This document shows, piece by piece, positions 50,620 to 60,821 of a stretch of DNA of 64,000 bases. Each line of letters opens with the position of its first letter. Positions within the stretch are counted from its first letter, which is position 1. Under the pieces are notes generated by a model that was not told the origin of the DNA, ran no database searches, and saw only the letters and a list, made by a program, of their open reading frames with translations. Position numbers and translations under genes: made by a program. The DNA comes from Terriglobia bacterium (GTDB lineage Bacteria; Acidobacteriota; Terriglobia; Bryobacterales; Bryobacteraceae), in the NCBI GenBank assembly GCA_963788485.1, contig CAWBIS010000206.1, positions 22,301 through 86,300 on the forward strand. Reading direction: 5' to 3'.

Positions 50620-51351
50620 TCAACGCAGCCAGCGCTCGTGGATCGCCTCGGGCGCCTGCGGCACCGCGCCGAAACGCCGCTCGCGCCGCGCGAACTCCAG
50701 CACCGTGCGCTCCAGATCGGCCGGACCGAAATCCGGCCACATGAGATTTGTGAACACGAGTTCCGCATAGGCGCACTCCCACAGCAGAAAATCGCTGAGA
50801 CGCTGTTCGCCGCCGGTGCGGATCAGAATATCGACGGGCCGAGTGTCACCCAGCAGTTTTTCGAATTTTTCGCGCGTGACGGGTTCGCCGGATTTCTCCG
50901 ACGCCTGCCGGCTTGCGCTCAGAATCGAATCGCGCGCCGAATAGTCGACGGCGATGCGCAGACTGAGACCCACGCAACCTTGTGTAGCGCGTTCTGCCGC
51001 TTCAATCGAATCGACCAGCGAACGCGGCAGCCGGTCGCGCCGTCCGATGATCGTCATCCGCACATCATTCGCCAGACATCGCGCGGTTTCGCTTTCGAGG
51101 TATCCGGCCAGCAGCGCCATCAACGCCTCCACTTCGAACGGCGGACGCTTCCAGTTATCCGAAGAAAATGCATAAACCGTGAGAACGCCGACGCCGCACG
51201 CGGGAGCGGCTTCCACGATGCGCCGCAAAGCCTCGGCCCCGGCCCGATGTCCCGCGACGCGAGGCAGTCCGCGGCCTGTCGCCCAACGGCCATTGCCATC
51301 CATGATGACGGCGAGGTGCAGATTACTTTGTGATGTAAAGTGACCGCGCAA
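50620..51351 (-). CDS. uppS: Isoprenyl transferase (undecaprenyl-diphosphate synthase family)
   Basis: [13 protein letters not shown] and [19 protein letters not shown] signatures. Confidence 0.9.
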   Translation of the reverse strand: MRGHFTSQSNLHLAVIMDGNGRWATGRGLPRVAGHRAGAEALRRIVEAAPACGVGVLTVYAFSSDNWKRPPFEVEALMALLAGYLESETARCLANDVRMTIIGRRDRLPRSLVDSIEAAERATQGCVGLSLRIAVDYSARDSILSASRQASEKSGEPVTREKFEKLLGDTRPVDILIRTGGEQRLSDFLLWECAYAELVFTNLMWPDFGPADLERTVLEFARRERRFGAVPQAPEAIHERWLR

Positions 51352-51368
51352 AAAATTTTCCTCCGTGC

Positions 51369-51743
51369 TTAGGCCTGCCGGGTAGCGCGTATCAGCGCTT
51401 CCATGTGGGTCAGGTATTTTTCCAGCGCGGTACGTCCCGCATCCGTTAATTTGTACTCGGTTCGGGGCAAACGCCCTTCAAACTTTTTCTCGCAGCCGAT
51501 ATAGCCGGCTTCTTCCAGCTTGCGCGCATGCACGCTCAGATTGCCGTCCGTGGTGTCGAGAATCTTCTTCAGTTCCCGGAACGTCAGGCTCTCATTCACC
51601 GACAGCGCGCTCACGATTCCCAGACGCAGGCGTTCGTGAATGATTCGATCGAGCGCGCGCGCTCCCGCACCGGCCGCAACCACCGCGGGTCCACTGCCGT
51701 GAACCTTCGCCGCGCTTTGTCTACCCACCGTAACGCCTCGCAA
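51369..51743 (-). CDS. Winged-helix transcriptional regulator
   Basis: [49 protein letters not shown] is a wHTH pattern. The exact start is uncertain. Confidence 0.65.
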   Translation of the reverse strand: MRGVTVGRQSAAKVHGSGPAVVAAGAGARALDRIIHERLRLGIVSALSVNESLTFRELKKILDTTDGNLSVHARKLEEAGYIGCEKKFEGRLPRTEYKLTDAGRTALEKYLTHMEALIRATRQA

Positions 51744-52374
51744 TCAACCACCCGAAAACAATATGAAACCCGCCGAACCCGAGCGCCAGCACGGCATCGG
51801 CGTAATTCGCCGGCGTGACCGCCGCGATCGAGCCAAGCGCCAGAAACGACATCCCCATCACCGGAACCACGCGCACCGAGAACGCGCCGCCGGACGTAAT
51901 CCCGGCACCGTAAAGCAGCAGCCACATCGCCGGTATCAGTTGCTGCACACTCTCGCGGTAGAGAACGAAAGTCAATACCGCGCCCACCAATACCGACGGC
52001 GCCACCGCCAGCACGAATCGCCGGAACGGTTTCGAAAGCAGTGGCGTGCAGCTTCTGGTCGCCTTGCGATGCGAAAAGACCAGGCCGATTACAAATGCGA
52101 GAACCGCTTCTCCCATCCAGACGGCGAGCCACGCTCGTGGACTCTTGCTGACGTGCGCCGCGAAGGCAGCGAACAGTGCCGTCGCTCCCATCAGAATTCC
52201 ACCCTGGCCGGGTACCGCCGTGAAGGACCCCGCGCTCTCCATCGTGCTCCGGATGAACCGCAGGTTGTCCATGGCCTGCGCGTGCAAACCCACCGGTTCC
52301 ACGGGTTGGGAGCGAATTGGCCGGACAGCCGCCATAGCCGGATTATAAGCCGATAGCCGAGAACTTTGCAACAT
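51721..52374 (-). CDS. Integral membrane protein (about 6 TM), unknown function
   Basis: Hydrophobic helices run throughout. Co-oriented with, and overlapping, the downstream wHTH regulator. Confidence 0.55.
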   Translation of the reverse strand: MLQSSRLSAYNPAMAAVRPIRSQPVEPVGLHAQAMDNLRFIRSTMESAGSFTAVPGQGGILMGATALFAAFAAHVSKSPRAWLAVWMGEAVLAFVIGLVFSHRKATRSCTPLLSKPFRRFVLAVAPSVLVGAVLTFVLYRESVQQLIPAMWLLLYGAGITSGGAFSVRVVPVMGMSFLALGSIAAVTPANYADAVLALGFGGFHIVFGWLIARRYGG

Positions 52375-52421
52375 AAAGCTGCATCGTTTCCGCGAGATCC
52401 TGCACAGAGCGAAAATGGGTC

Positions 52422-52964
52422 ATGTTCCCTCGTAGCATCATTCCGGCAATCTGCATCGCCCTGTATGCGGCCGTCGGCGCATTCGGTCAAGTATCCGCAA
52501 ACAGCCCCGCGACTTCCACGTCGAGCTTTCCTCCGGTTGGACTCGCTTCCAGCGAAACGGCTCAAGTGAACGTTGTCAACACCGCTGTCGCCCCTTCGGG
52601 TTCTCCTGCGCCCTCATGTACCGGATCCATTGCCTGGTACAACGCGTCCGGATCGCTGATCGGCAGCGCCACCCCGTTCACCGTGGGGAGCGGCCAGATC
52701 TTTTCGGCTCCGCTGCCGTACGCTGCCGCCGCGCCGGCGGAAACGGCGCGCATCGTGGTGCGGGCGGAGATCGTTCTCACCTTCCCGGTCACTATTGCCT
52801 CCGCGAGCGCAATCAGTTCCGCGCCCGCATGTCTGCTCTCTTCCTCGTTGGGAACATATGACAGCATGAGCGGTGTGACGCATCTCTTTTTCGCGGGCGC
52901 GACTCCCCAGATCCTGCCGATCCTCCGGTCCGGGCAAATCACCGGCGTCGTTCCGGGCCGATGA
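52422..52964 (+). CDS. Secreted hypothetical protein
   Basis: Signal peptide MFPRSIIPAICIALYAAVGAFG, Ser/Ala/Thr-rich. Confidence 0.45.
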   Translation: MFPRSIIPAICIALYAAVGAFGQVSANSPATSTSSFPPVGLASSETAQVNVVNTAVAPSGSPAPSCTGSIAWYNASGSLIGSATPFTVGSGQIFSAPLPYAAAAPAETARIVVRAEIVLTFPVTIASASAISSAPACLLSSSLGTYDSMSGVTHLFFAGATPQILPILRSGQITGVVPGR

Positions 52965-53410
52965 GTACGCTCGCCGACCCAGCGGTTCGCCATTCCTGCA
53001 TCGCGCGTCTGGCGAGTCTGGATCCGTCCACCAGGCCCCGATGGGGCCGCATGTCGGCGCATCAAATGATGTGTCACCTGACCGATTCCTTCGCTGTCGG
53101 CGCCGGGACGAAATATGCCAGCCCCGCCACCGGGATCCTGCAACGAACGTTGGTGAAATGGATCGCGCTGCGTGGCCCGTTTCGCTGGCCGGGCGGCCTT
53201 CCCACCAGACCGGAGATTGATCAGAAGCGCGGTGGAACGCCGCCGGTGGACTGGGAGACCGATCGCTCTGCCCTGCGCCGATCCATGATCGAGTTTTCGG
53301 AACTACGCGCCTTTGGCGTTCATCCGATTTTCGGCTCCATGAGCCGCACCGACTGGTTGATATGGGGATACCGGCACGTGGATCATCATCTGCGGCAATT
53401 TCGCGTCTGA
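52961..53410 (+). CDS. DinB-superfamily / DUF1569-like protein
   Basis: RWGRMSAHQMMCHLTD ... HPIFGSMSRTDWLIWGYRHVDHHLRQF. Confidence 0.65.
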   Translation: MSTLADPAVRHSCIARLASLDPSTRPRWGRMSAHQMMCHLTDSFAVGAGTKYASPATGILQRTLVKWIALRGPFRWPGGLPTRPEIDQKRGGTPPVDWETDRSALRRSMIEFSELRAFGVHPIFGSMSRTDWLIWGYRHVDHHLRQFRV

Positions 53411-53416
53411 CGCGCG

Positions 53417-54241
53417 TCAGTTCTCCGAAGGCTTCGCCGCGCGGTCGACGATGAGAATATCCACCGGCCCCTTCTGCGATTCGAGTTTGAGGCCGAGTTG
53501 CTCCTGAAAAGCGGTGAAGATCGAGGGCCCTGTACTATCCGGTGGCGGAGTCTGCGCATTCGCCGGCAGCCGCAAAGCCTGCGTTTCGTCGGGAGTCCAT
53601 TCCACGCTGATGTTGAAATTCCCCGTCAAACCCGTCTTGTCGATCACGCTGCGCCCGAGCAGGCGCGAAAGCATCGGGGTCATCCCGGAAACGGGTATGC
53701 CAACGGCTGTGAGGTGATTGATACCCATCATCATCTGGCCGCAAAAGCGCGCAGGAGCCACGCCAGGCTGCGGTGGCGCGGGAGCGCTCAGCGGGTCGGG
53801 CTGCACGCAATCCCCGTCTTTCGATTCGTTGAGCTCGGGGCCTAACCGGCCGTCTTTTCGCGCCATGACCAGCGCATAAATGGGAAGCTCTTTCTTTTCG
53901 CGATGCACCTTCACCTGAAATCGGTTCTCGATGAGCGCCTGGAGCATCTCCGGGATTGCGCTTTGTTTGGGTTTCGTCTCCGGTTTCGCCACGATATCGT
54001 AGTGAACCGAGTCGAGCCATGCCGGTCCGCCGGAGATCTGAAAAGGCTGAACGCGCCAGGCAAGGACAATCAGCTCTTTCAAAGTCATATTGGTTATGCT
54101 GACTCCGCCTCCTGGACCGGGACGAATGTACATGCCGCGCGCGTCGGGCGCCGCGGGCTTGATGGATGCAACCTCAAACTCAGGCCTGGCATTGGTCTGC
54201 GCGCCTGCGGCGCAGCCAGAAAGCAGGAACAGGCAGACCAT
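53417..54241 (-). CDS. TIGR03435-type (soil/Acidobacteria-associated) secreted protein
   Basis: FEVASIKPAAPDARG...ITNMTLKELIVLAWRVQPFQISGGPAWLDSVHYDIVAKPE and C-terminal VDILIVDRAAKPSEN. ATG at 54241 gives a signal peptide MVCLFLLSGCAAGA. Confidence 0.7.
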   Translation of the reverse strand: MVCLFLLSGCAAGAQTNARPEFEVASIKPAAPDARGMYIRPGPGGGVSITNMTLKELIVLAWRVQPFQISGGPAWLDSVHYDIVAKPETKPKQSAIPEMLQALIENRFQVKVHREKKELPIYALVMARKDGRLGPELNESKDGDCVQPDPLSAPAPPQPGVAPARFCGQMMMGINHLTAVGIPVSGMTPMLSRLLGRSVIDKTGLTGNFNISVEWTPDETQALRLPANAQTPPPDSTGPSIFTAFQEQLGLKLESQKGPVDILIVDRAAKPSEN

Positions 54242-54446
54242 CCGGAACAGCGGCCTCAAAGCTGACGCCTCCACCAGATCACAATAACAGTCTGGAACGC
54301 CCGCACAATTCCTGTTCAAGGCGGTCTTGCCTGGATGTACAGTATAGGTGAACTCAAACCCTACCAGGTGGAACTCTGACTTGAGCACAGCAACCGCCGT
54401 AAATACCACAAGCGCAAAGGCCGAAGGGTCCGCTTTGCGCGATCAA

Positions 54447-55913
54447 ATGATAGAGACCAGATTATTTATCGGAGGTGAGTTCGTCCCCGCAGCCGAGGGC
54501 GGGCTTATCCCCGTTTATAACCCGCACGACAACAGTCTTCTCGCCAAAGTCGCCGAAGCCACGGCGGTCGATATAGACCGCGCCGTCGCGGCTGCGCGAA
54601 AGGCGTTTCCCGCCTGGAAACGCATGGCGGCGGCCGATCGAGGCCGTCTTCTGTTGAAGCTGGCGGACGCAATCGAAGCGGACGCTCCATACCTGAGCGA
54701 ACTGGAGAGCCTCGATACCGGCCATCCCATTCGCGATACAAAGAATCTCGATGTGCCGCGCACGGCCGCCGCCTTCCGCTACTTCGGAGGCATCGCCGAC
54801 AAGGTCCGGGGCGCGGTCGTCCCGGTCGAGAGCGGTTTTCTGAATTACGTCACACGCGAGCCTGTCGGGGTGGTAGGCGCCATCGTGCCATGGAATTTTC
54901 CGCTGCTCTTCACCAGCTGGAAAATGGGTCCCGCGCTGGCAGCCGGTAATACGGTGGTCTTGAAACAGGCGGAACTGACGCCGCTGAGTACGCTGCGCAT
55001 TGCGAGGCTGATAGCGGATATCGGCATTCCCGCCGGAGTCGTGAACATCGTTCCCGGCTACGGACACACGGCCGGCCAGTACCTCGCCGAGCACAAAGGC
55101 GTCAACAAAATCGCCTTCACCGGTTCCACCGTCACCGGGCGAAAAATCGTTCAGGCTTCGGCGGGAAATCTCAAACGCGTGCAACTCGAACTCGGGGGCA
55201 AGGGCGCGAACATCGTCTTCGACGACGCGCCGCTCGACGCCGCGGTGGGCGGGTCCGCCTTCGCCATTTTCCATAATCAGGGCCAGGCCTGCATCGCCGG
55301 CTCGCGTCTGCTGCTGCAGGAGAACATCGCCGACGCCTTCCTCGAAAGATTCCTCGCTTTGACCAGATCCATTCGCATCGGTAACCCGCTCGATCCCGAA
55401 ACCGAGATGGGTCCGCTGACCTCGACCGGCCATCGGGACCGCGTCCTCAAATACATCGAAGTCGCGAAGGAGCAGGGGAGCACGCTCCTCGCCGGCGGTG
55501 GTCCGCCCGCTGACCCGGCGCTTCAGGCGGGATGCTACGTCATGCCGACCGTCGTCACCGCTCAGCCCGGCGATCGTGTCTGCCAGGAAGAAGTCTTCGG
55601 CCCGTTCGTCAGCGTCACCCGTTTCAAAGACGAAGCCGAAGTGATCGATATTGCCAACGCCACCGAATACGGCCTCGGCGGCGGCCTCTGGACCCGTGAC
55701 CTGCAACGCGGCCATCGCGTCGCGGCCGCCATCAACACCGGCATGGTGTGGGTCAACAGTTACAAACGCGTCAACCCCGGATCGCCGTTCGGCGGCGTCG
55801 GACAATCGGGCTACGGACGGGAAATGGGTTTCGAAACCATGCACGATTACACCGATGCCAAATCGGTCTGGATCAACGTGGACGCGCAAATCCCGCCATT
55901 CTACAAACGGTAA
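54447..55913 (+). CDS. NAD(P)-dependent aldehyde dehydrogenase
   Basis: MIETRLFIGGEFV start, ELGGKGANIVFDDA and catalytic FHNQGQACIAGSR. Confidence 0.9.
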   Translation: MIETRLFIGGEFVPAAEGGLIPVYNPHDNSLLAKVAEATAVDIDRAVAAARKAFPAWKRMAAADRGRLLLKLADAIEADAPYLSELESLDTGHPIRDTKNLDVPRTAAAFRYFGGIADKVRGAVVPVESGFLNYVTREPVGVVGAIVPWNFPLLFTSWKMGPALAAGNTVVLKQAELTPLSTLRIARLIADIGIPAGVVNIVPGYGHTAGQYLAEHKGVNKIAFTGSTVTGRKIVQASAGNLKRVQLELGGKGANIVFDDAPLDAAVGGSAFAIFHNQGQACIAGSRLLLQENIADAFLERFLALTRSIRIGNPLDPETEMGPLTSTGHRDRVLKYIEVAKEQGSTLLAGGGPPADPALQAGCYVMPTVVTAQPGDRVCQEEVFGPFVSVTRFKDEAEVIDIANATEYGLGGGLWTRDLQRGHRVAAAINTGMVWVNSYKRVNPGSPFGGVGQSGYGREMGFETMHDYTDAKSVWINVDAQIPPFYKR

Positions 55914-55919
55914 ACAGCC

Positions 55920-56819
55920 ATGGAGAATTCAGCCGCGCTTCCAGCGAAAACAAGGTTCACCACCGAAGACGACATTACCTCGGAGGTGCTGCGGCGCTTC
56001 GAACGCACCGAAGACCCGCGCCTGCGCGAGATCATGACGAGCCTGACCCGCCACATCCATGCTTTTGTGAAGGACGTGCGGCTCAAGGAATCCGAATGGT
56101 GGAAGGGTATCGAATTCCTCACCTCAACCGGTCAGATGTGTTCGGACAAACGCCAGGAATTCATCCTGCTCTCGGACACATTGGGCGTTTCGATGCTGGT
56201 GGATCTGATCAGCAACGGCAAACCCCCAGGCGCCACTGAATCGACCGTATTCGGACCCTTCTATCGCGAAGGCGGTCCCGAAATGCCCGAAGGCGGGGAC
56301 GTCGCTGAAGGCGCTGAAGGTGGCACGCCGACGATCGTCTACGGGCGCGTGCTCGATATGCAGGGCAACCCGATCGCGGGCGCGGCGCTCGATGTCTGGC
56401 AGGCCGACCCCGAAGGTTTATACGATTCGCAGCGGCCCGATATCGCGGACGAGCTTCGTATGCGGGGCATCTTCCACAGCGGCCCGGATGGGCGCTACGT
56501 GATTCGCACCATGCGCCCGGTGCACTACCAGATCCCTACTGACGGGCCTGTCGGCAGGATGCTCGCCGCCACCAGGCGTCATCCGTGGCGCCCCGCGCAT
56601 ATTCACTTCAAAGTGACCGCCGGCGGCTATCAGCCGCTGACCACGCATCTCTTCGATAATGTCGATGAATACCTCGACTCCGACGCCGTATTCGGCGTGA
56701 AGGATTCGCTCATCTGCGAGTTCCCGCTGCACACGACGCGCGATGAGGAATCGATCCGCTTCGCCGTCGATCCCCCATTCTGCACGGCCAGATACGATTT
56801 CGTACTGGCGCCCGTCTGA
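55920..56819 (+). CDS. Intradiol ring-cleavage dioxygenase (hydroxyquinol/catechol 1,2-dioxygenase)
   Basis: N-terminal helical linker domain. Iron-ligand region is GPFYREG...YGRVLD...RPAHIHFKV. Confidence 0.85.
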   Translation: MENSAALPAKTRFTTEDDITSEVLRRFERTEDPRLREIMTSLTRHIHAFVKDVRLKESEWWKGIEFLTSTGQMCSDKRQEFILLSDTLGVSMLVDLISNGKPPGATESTVFGPFYREGGPEMPEGGDVAEGAEGGTPTIVYGRVLDMQGNPIAGAALDVWQADPEGLYDSQRPDIADELRMRGIFHSGPDGRYVIRTMRPVHYQIPTDGPVGRMLAATRRHPWRPAHIHFKVTAGGYQPLTTHLFDNVDEYLDSDAVFGVKDSLICEFPLHTTRDEESIRFAVDPPFCTARYDFVLAPV

Positions 56820-56832
56820 GCGCGCGGCTCGA

Positions 56833-58524
56833 TTACCGGGCTACTGAAGCCGTAATCGTTTCCAGCCGTCTCAGCCTGAAGTGAAGCAGCGCCTGACCCT
56901 CCACCGGTCCGTTATCGTTTCGCGCCGGCTCGAAGGTCCATTGTCTGGCCGCTTTCACAAATGCATAGGCAACCCGGTCGTCGACATCGTGCGCTTTCAA
57001 TTCCGTTTTCGCCACGTCACCCTTGCGGCTGATCGTCACCTTGACCTCGACATCGCGCGCTCCGTGCACATCGGATATCAGCTCGGGCGGCAGCTGTGGC
57101 TCAACCTCTCGCAGTGCCCTTGCAGGAATTGCACGGTTCTCCTGGTCGTCGTGAAAAAGGCGCTCGGGCGACAACTTGCTCATCATGCGCCTGAAGCCGG
57201 ACTTGCCAACCGGTTCCACGTCGACCGACGTCACCAGCCTCGGGCCGGCGGCGGTCACCGGCGCAGGCGCGGGCTTCTGAATCGGCGGGTCCGGCGCCTC
57301 AGGTTTCAGCGGGAATTGCAGAGGCGGTGCGGCCGCAATCAGAGGCAGCGCGGGCTCGCCGGTTCCCCCGGGCGCCGCCGGCGGCGCCGGTGTACGAGAT
57401 CTGGCGGGTGCTTGTTCGCGAGGCGGCGGCGCCAATTCGAAACCCGGTGGTTCAGTTGAAGTGTCAGCCACATTGACTTCGGGCGCCGTGCCGACCGCCA
57501 GCAACCGGATCGATTCAGTGGACGTGTGACCCGGAGCGAACAACTGCATCTGGAAACTGACATCCTTGCCTTCCGGCACATAAACCACGCGCCCCGTCTG
57601 CAGCTCCGTCCGGTCGAGACGCAGTTCCTGTCGTTTGTCGCCATCGAGGATCAGGAGTTGCCCGAAGTCCGCCTGCTGCACCGCCGCAGCCGAATGGTTC
57701 CAGCTGAGAATCGCGCTGCTGTCCTTTTGTTCGACGCTCAGCGACATTCCCGCTCCCGTTACCGGCGGCGTGGCCGGCGCCTTCTGCGCTGCCGGTGGCG
57801 CCGCCGTCGCACGCGTGCGGCCGGGCGCCCAGATCAGAAAGGCCACGAAGAACATGGCCGCCGCGGCGCCCAGCAGCACCCATGAGTTTTGCAGCCATTT
57901 TTCGTATCGCGAAGTTTGCACTTCGCCGGGCGGCATCGGAGCCGCGATCATGGGCGCTTCGTCCTGTTGCAGCGCGCCGGCCTCAAACGGAAACGGCTCC
58001 AACGACTCGAACTTCTCCTGCGACCAGACCGCCATCCTGGCGGTGACAGAATGATCCACCGCCGGCTTCACCAGCAGGCAAACCGAGGGTTCCTTATTGA
58101 AGAAATCACCCGCAATAGCGTTATCCTGTTCGTCGAATTCGATGCCCGCGCGCGTCTGACTGCGGAAGAATCCGACTGGCCGCAGTTCCCCGGGAGGCTG
58201 ATTGCGCCGGCGGGAAACCGCCTGCTCGAACAGCAGCAGATCCCGCTCCGTCAGAAGATATGAAGGTCCGTATAGATGCTCGGATTCGACCGGCTCGTAA
58301 GCCTGCACGAAGATCGCGCCATCCTCCACCCGCCCCAGCAAAATCCCGCCGATCTCAAGGCCGCGTTTGGCTGCCGAGCTGAAAGCGTCGATCGACTCGA
58401 CGCCGAGTTGTTCCACCAGGGCACGGCGAAGCTGGATTGTCAGGCGCGACTCGGGTGCGTCAACAGCGAAAAAAGAGTCCGGTGTCTGCGACATAACGAA
58501 CGTACGGCGTGTGGTTCGCAGCAC
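56833..58524 (-). CDS. Membrane protein: MPN/JAB-like (no JAMM motif) N-domain, one TM, Pro-rich linker, TonB_C-like C-domain
   Basis: LEIGGILLGRVEDGAIFVQAYEPV...PVGFFRSQTRAG; TM helix WVLLGAAAAMFFVAFLIWAP; linker PPAAPGGTGEPALPLIAAAPPLQFPLKPEAPDPPIQKPAPAP; C-terminal VEVKVTISRKGDVAKTELK...AFVKAARQWTFEPA. Confidence 0.45.
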   Translation of the reverse strand: MLRTTRRTFVMSQTPDSFFAVDAPESRLTIQLRRALVEQLGVESIDAFSSAAKRGLEIGGILLGRVEDGAIFVQAYEPVESEHLYGPSYLLTERDLLLFEQAVSRRRNQPPGELRPVGFFRSQTRAGIEFDEQDNAIAGDFFNKEPSVCLLVKPAVDHSVTARMAVWSQEKFESLEPFPFEAGALQQDEAPMIAAPMPPGEVQTSRYEKWLQNSWVLLGAAAAMFFVAFLIWAPGRTRATAAPPAAQKAPATPPVTGAGMSLSVEQKDSSAILSWNHSAAAVQQADFGQLLILDGDKRQELRLDRTELQTGRVVYVPEGKDVSFQMQLFAPGHTSTESIRLLAVGTAPEVNVADTSTEPPGFELAPPPREQAPARSRTPAPPAAPGGTGEPALPLIAAAPPLQFPLKPEAPDPPIQKPAPAPVTAAGPRLVTSVDVEPVGKSGFRRMMSKLSPERLFHDDQENRAIPARALREVEPQLPPELISDVHGARDVEVKVTISRKGDVAKTELKAHDVDDRVAYAFVKAARQWTFEPARNDNGPVEGQALLHFRLRRLETITASVAR

Positions 58525-58543
58525 GTTTACTGCCTAACCGCAA

Positions 58544-59989
58544 CTATTGAGCGGCCTTGATCTTGTCCCCATCGGATGGAGTAATCCAATGTTCTTTCAC
58601 CATCCGGTTCACCGACTGTGCAATTTTGTCCGAGTAATTTTGGTGATTGCCGTAAAGCGCTTCGAGACGTGCCCAATCGTACGGAATGGTGCGTCCCAGT
58701 TCGCGGCAGGTGCCGGGTCCGGCGTTGGTCGTCGTGTACGTTGCTGCGGGCACGTCCACATAGGGGTTGCGTACACCGCCGGTCACGACGTCGCCCTTGA
58801 TGGTGATTCGTTCGGCTCTGGGTGGTGCAACGCCCTTGCTCGCCCACACTTCCAGGTTCGCCACCGCGCCGTCCAGGATGTACTTCAAGAGCGGATGTTC
58901 CTGCAGCAGGATCTCCGGCGTGCAGCGAACGTTGAATGGCCAGTCGGGCGTTCCCTGGCCCGGAGCGCCGGCCGCGGCCAGTTGATCCGGAAATCCGGGC
59001 ATATCCTGGTAGGCCCATTTGTCGATATGCGCGGCGCCGGCCACTTCATAGATGCGGAAACGGTCGTTCGGCTCATCGCTGTCCGGACGCTGATAGGCCT
59101 CGCCGATCTCGCCCTGCGCCACCACGAGCATTACCGGGACGCCGGCTTTCTCAATCTTCTGCCGCGGATCGTTTCGCGGCACGTTCGCGCCGCAGCGGCG
59201 GATGCGACCCACGCCGCCCGGCGTTTTGATGAGGAAGCCATCGTAGATGGGCTTGCCGTTATCGAGCGACGCATGAGGCTGAACCGCCGCGAGGTAGGTC
59301 TGGATATCGGCACCCTGCGCGGTCATGTAAAGATAACGCGCGTTGAGCACCGCCTTGCTCTTCAGCGCCGCGCCCACCTGGCTGATCATGTCCCAGCGCA
59401 GGCCATCCTCTTCGTCCGAGGTCGCCGGCGCCGCATTGCCCCTGCCCGCCGCGCACCCCTCCGAAGGATTCGGATTCGCAAATGAGAGCGAAGCGTAGCG
59501 CGTGGGATTAAACTTCTGCAGCGCTTTGACCGACGCCGGCATCGTGATCCCAACCCAGGCGTCGCCGCGTTCGATCAGCGACTCGCGCAGATAGCCCGAC
59601 ATCATGCCCCAATCGAAACGCCGCGCCGGATTCAGCAATTCGACGACGGCGTGTCCGCTGAAGCGCGCGCCATCGGCCGGGCGCCGCACCAGAATGCGCG
59701 TGGCGTACGGGGCATTCGGCGTTTTTACCGTCAACGAACCGTCCGCGCCCCAGTCGTACACATTGGCCGAGCCGCTGATAATGAACTCTTCCTCGACGTA
59801 TCCGGCCTTCTGCAAATCGATCGGCTGAAGATTTCGATTCGCCGCCATGAAGGGATAGGAATCGGCTGTGACGGGAATCGGGCCGGTCACCTTTGGCATT
59901 GTGGTCGGGGGCGAACCGGCGACAGGCGCGGCGACGATCGCGGTGGCGGCGCAGAGCGTGGCGAAGGCAATTCTCAGGGACTGTCTCAT
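58544..59989 (-). CDS. Secreted hypothetical protein (possibly alpha/beta-hydrolase-like)
   Basis: Signal peptide MRQSLRIAFATLCAATAIVAAPVAG. 481-aa ORF with good coding character. Function not recognised. Confidence 0.5.
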   Translation of the reverse strand: MRQSLRIAFATLCAATAIVAAPVAGSPPTTMPKVTGPIPVTADSYPFMAANRNLQPIDLQKAGYVEEEFIISGSANVYDWGADGSLTVKTPNAPYATRILVRRPADGARFSGHAVVELLNPARRFDWGMMSGYLRESLIERGDAWVGITMPASVKALQKFNPTRYASLSFANPNPSEGCAAGRGNAAPATSDEEDGLRWDMISQVGAALKSKAVLNARYLYMTAQGADIQTYLAAVQPHASLDNGKPIYDGFLIKTPGGVGRIRRCGANVPRNDPRQKIEKAGVPVMLVVAQGEIGEAYQRPDSDEPNDRFRIYEVAGAAHIDKWAYQDMPGFPDQLAAAGAPGQGTPDWPFNVRCTPEILLQEHPLLKYILDGAVANLEVWASKGVAPPRAERITIKGDVVTGGVRNPYVDVPAATYTTTNAGPGTCRELGRTIPYDWARLEALYGNHQNYSDKIAQSVNRMVKEHWITPSDGDKIKAAQ

Positions 59990-60046
59990 TGCCTATCCAG
60001 CGTACAACGTTTTTCGATATCGTCAGGGGGTGTACAACACCCGGCC

Positions 60047-60781
60047 CTACCGTTCGAGGCGAATATCCCACGGGCTCCTGACGCCCGCCTTCGTCTCGAT
60101 ATGCATACTCCAGCCTCGATAATTCTTCGCGTAGGCCGCCAGCACCCAATTTCCGGGCAATGCCGAAAACGTAAAGCTTCCATCCGAGGCGGTGGTGCTG
60201 TGCAGCGACACGCTTCCATCTTCCTTCAACAGCCAGACCGCGATTCCGGCAAAAGGCAGTCCGCTCGGGCCCTTTACCACTCCGCTGACAGTCCCGAAGA
60301 TCGACTGTATCCCACGAATCTCCTGCTCGAGTTCGGTCGGCCGCAGCGCCATCTGCATACCCAGCTTCGTGAAATCGTTTTGAATCGGAACCAGCCGCGC
60401 GGGCGGAGCCGTGAACAATGCATTCATATCGTTCCTCGTGCCCAACAACAAAGGCTTGTTCAGTCCGGCCGCGCCACTGAGGCCTTGTGGCGGCGCGTCG
60501 CACCATTCAAGATTCTGCCGCTCCACCGGCGTGAGTTTATTGACGTAATCGTAGACTTCCTTGGCCAGCGCAGCGCCTTCGGCGGCCATGGCGATACGCG
60601 GATTCTCCTTCACGATCCCGATAATGGCAATCACATGGCTGGCGGGCCCGATCGCGCCAATCAATTTATCCATGAGCGTTGGATCGTTGACGGACGCAAC
60701 CGCGAAATTGTGGCAAGCCGCTTCGAGCGAAGCTGTGGCAGGAGAGAAAAGCAAAGCTGCGAATAAAACTACACGCGTCAC
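60047..60781 (-). CDS. Secreted protein with a C-terminal carboxypeptidase-regulatory-like (Ig-like) domain
   Basis: Signal peptide MTRVVLFAALLFSPATA. C-terminus is GTVSGVVKGPSGLPFAGIAVWLLKEDGSVSLHSTTASDGSFTFSALPGNWVLAAY. Confidence 0.55.
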   Translation of the reverse strand: MTRVVLFAALLFSPATASLEAACHNFAVASVNDPTLMDKLIGAIGPASHVIAIIGIVKENPRIAMAAEGAALAKEVYDYVNKLTPVERQNLEWCDAPPQGLSGAAGLNKPLLLGTRNDMNALFTAPPARLVPIQNDFTKLGMQMALRPTELEQEIRGIQSIFGTVSGVVKGPSGLPFAGIAVWLLKEDGSVSLHSTTASDGSFTFSALPGNWVLAAYAKNYRGWSMHIETKAGVRSPWDIRLER

Positions 60782-60821
60782 AAGTAGATTTTTCGCTCGA
60801 CAAGCCCGCTTGTCAAGGATT

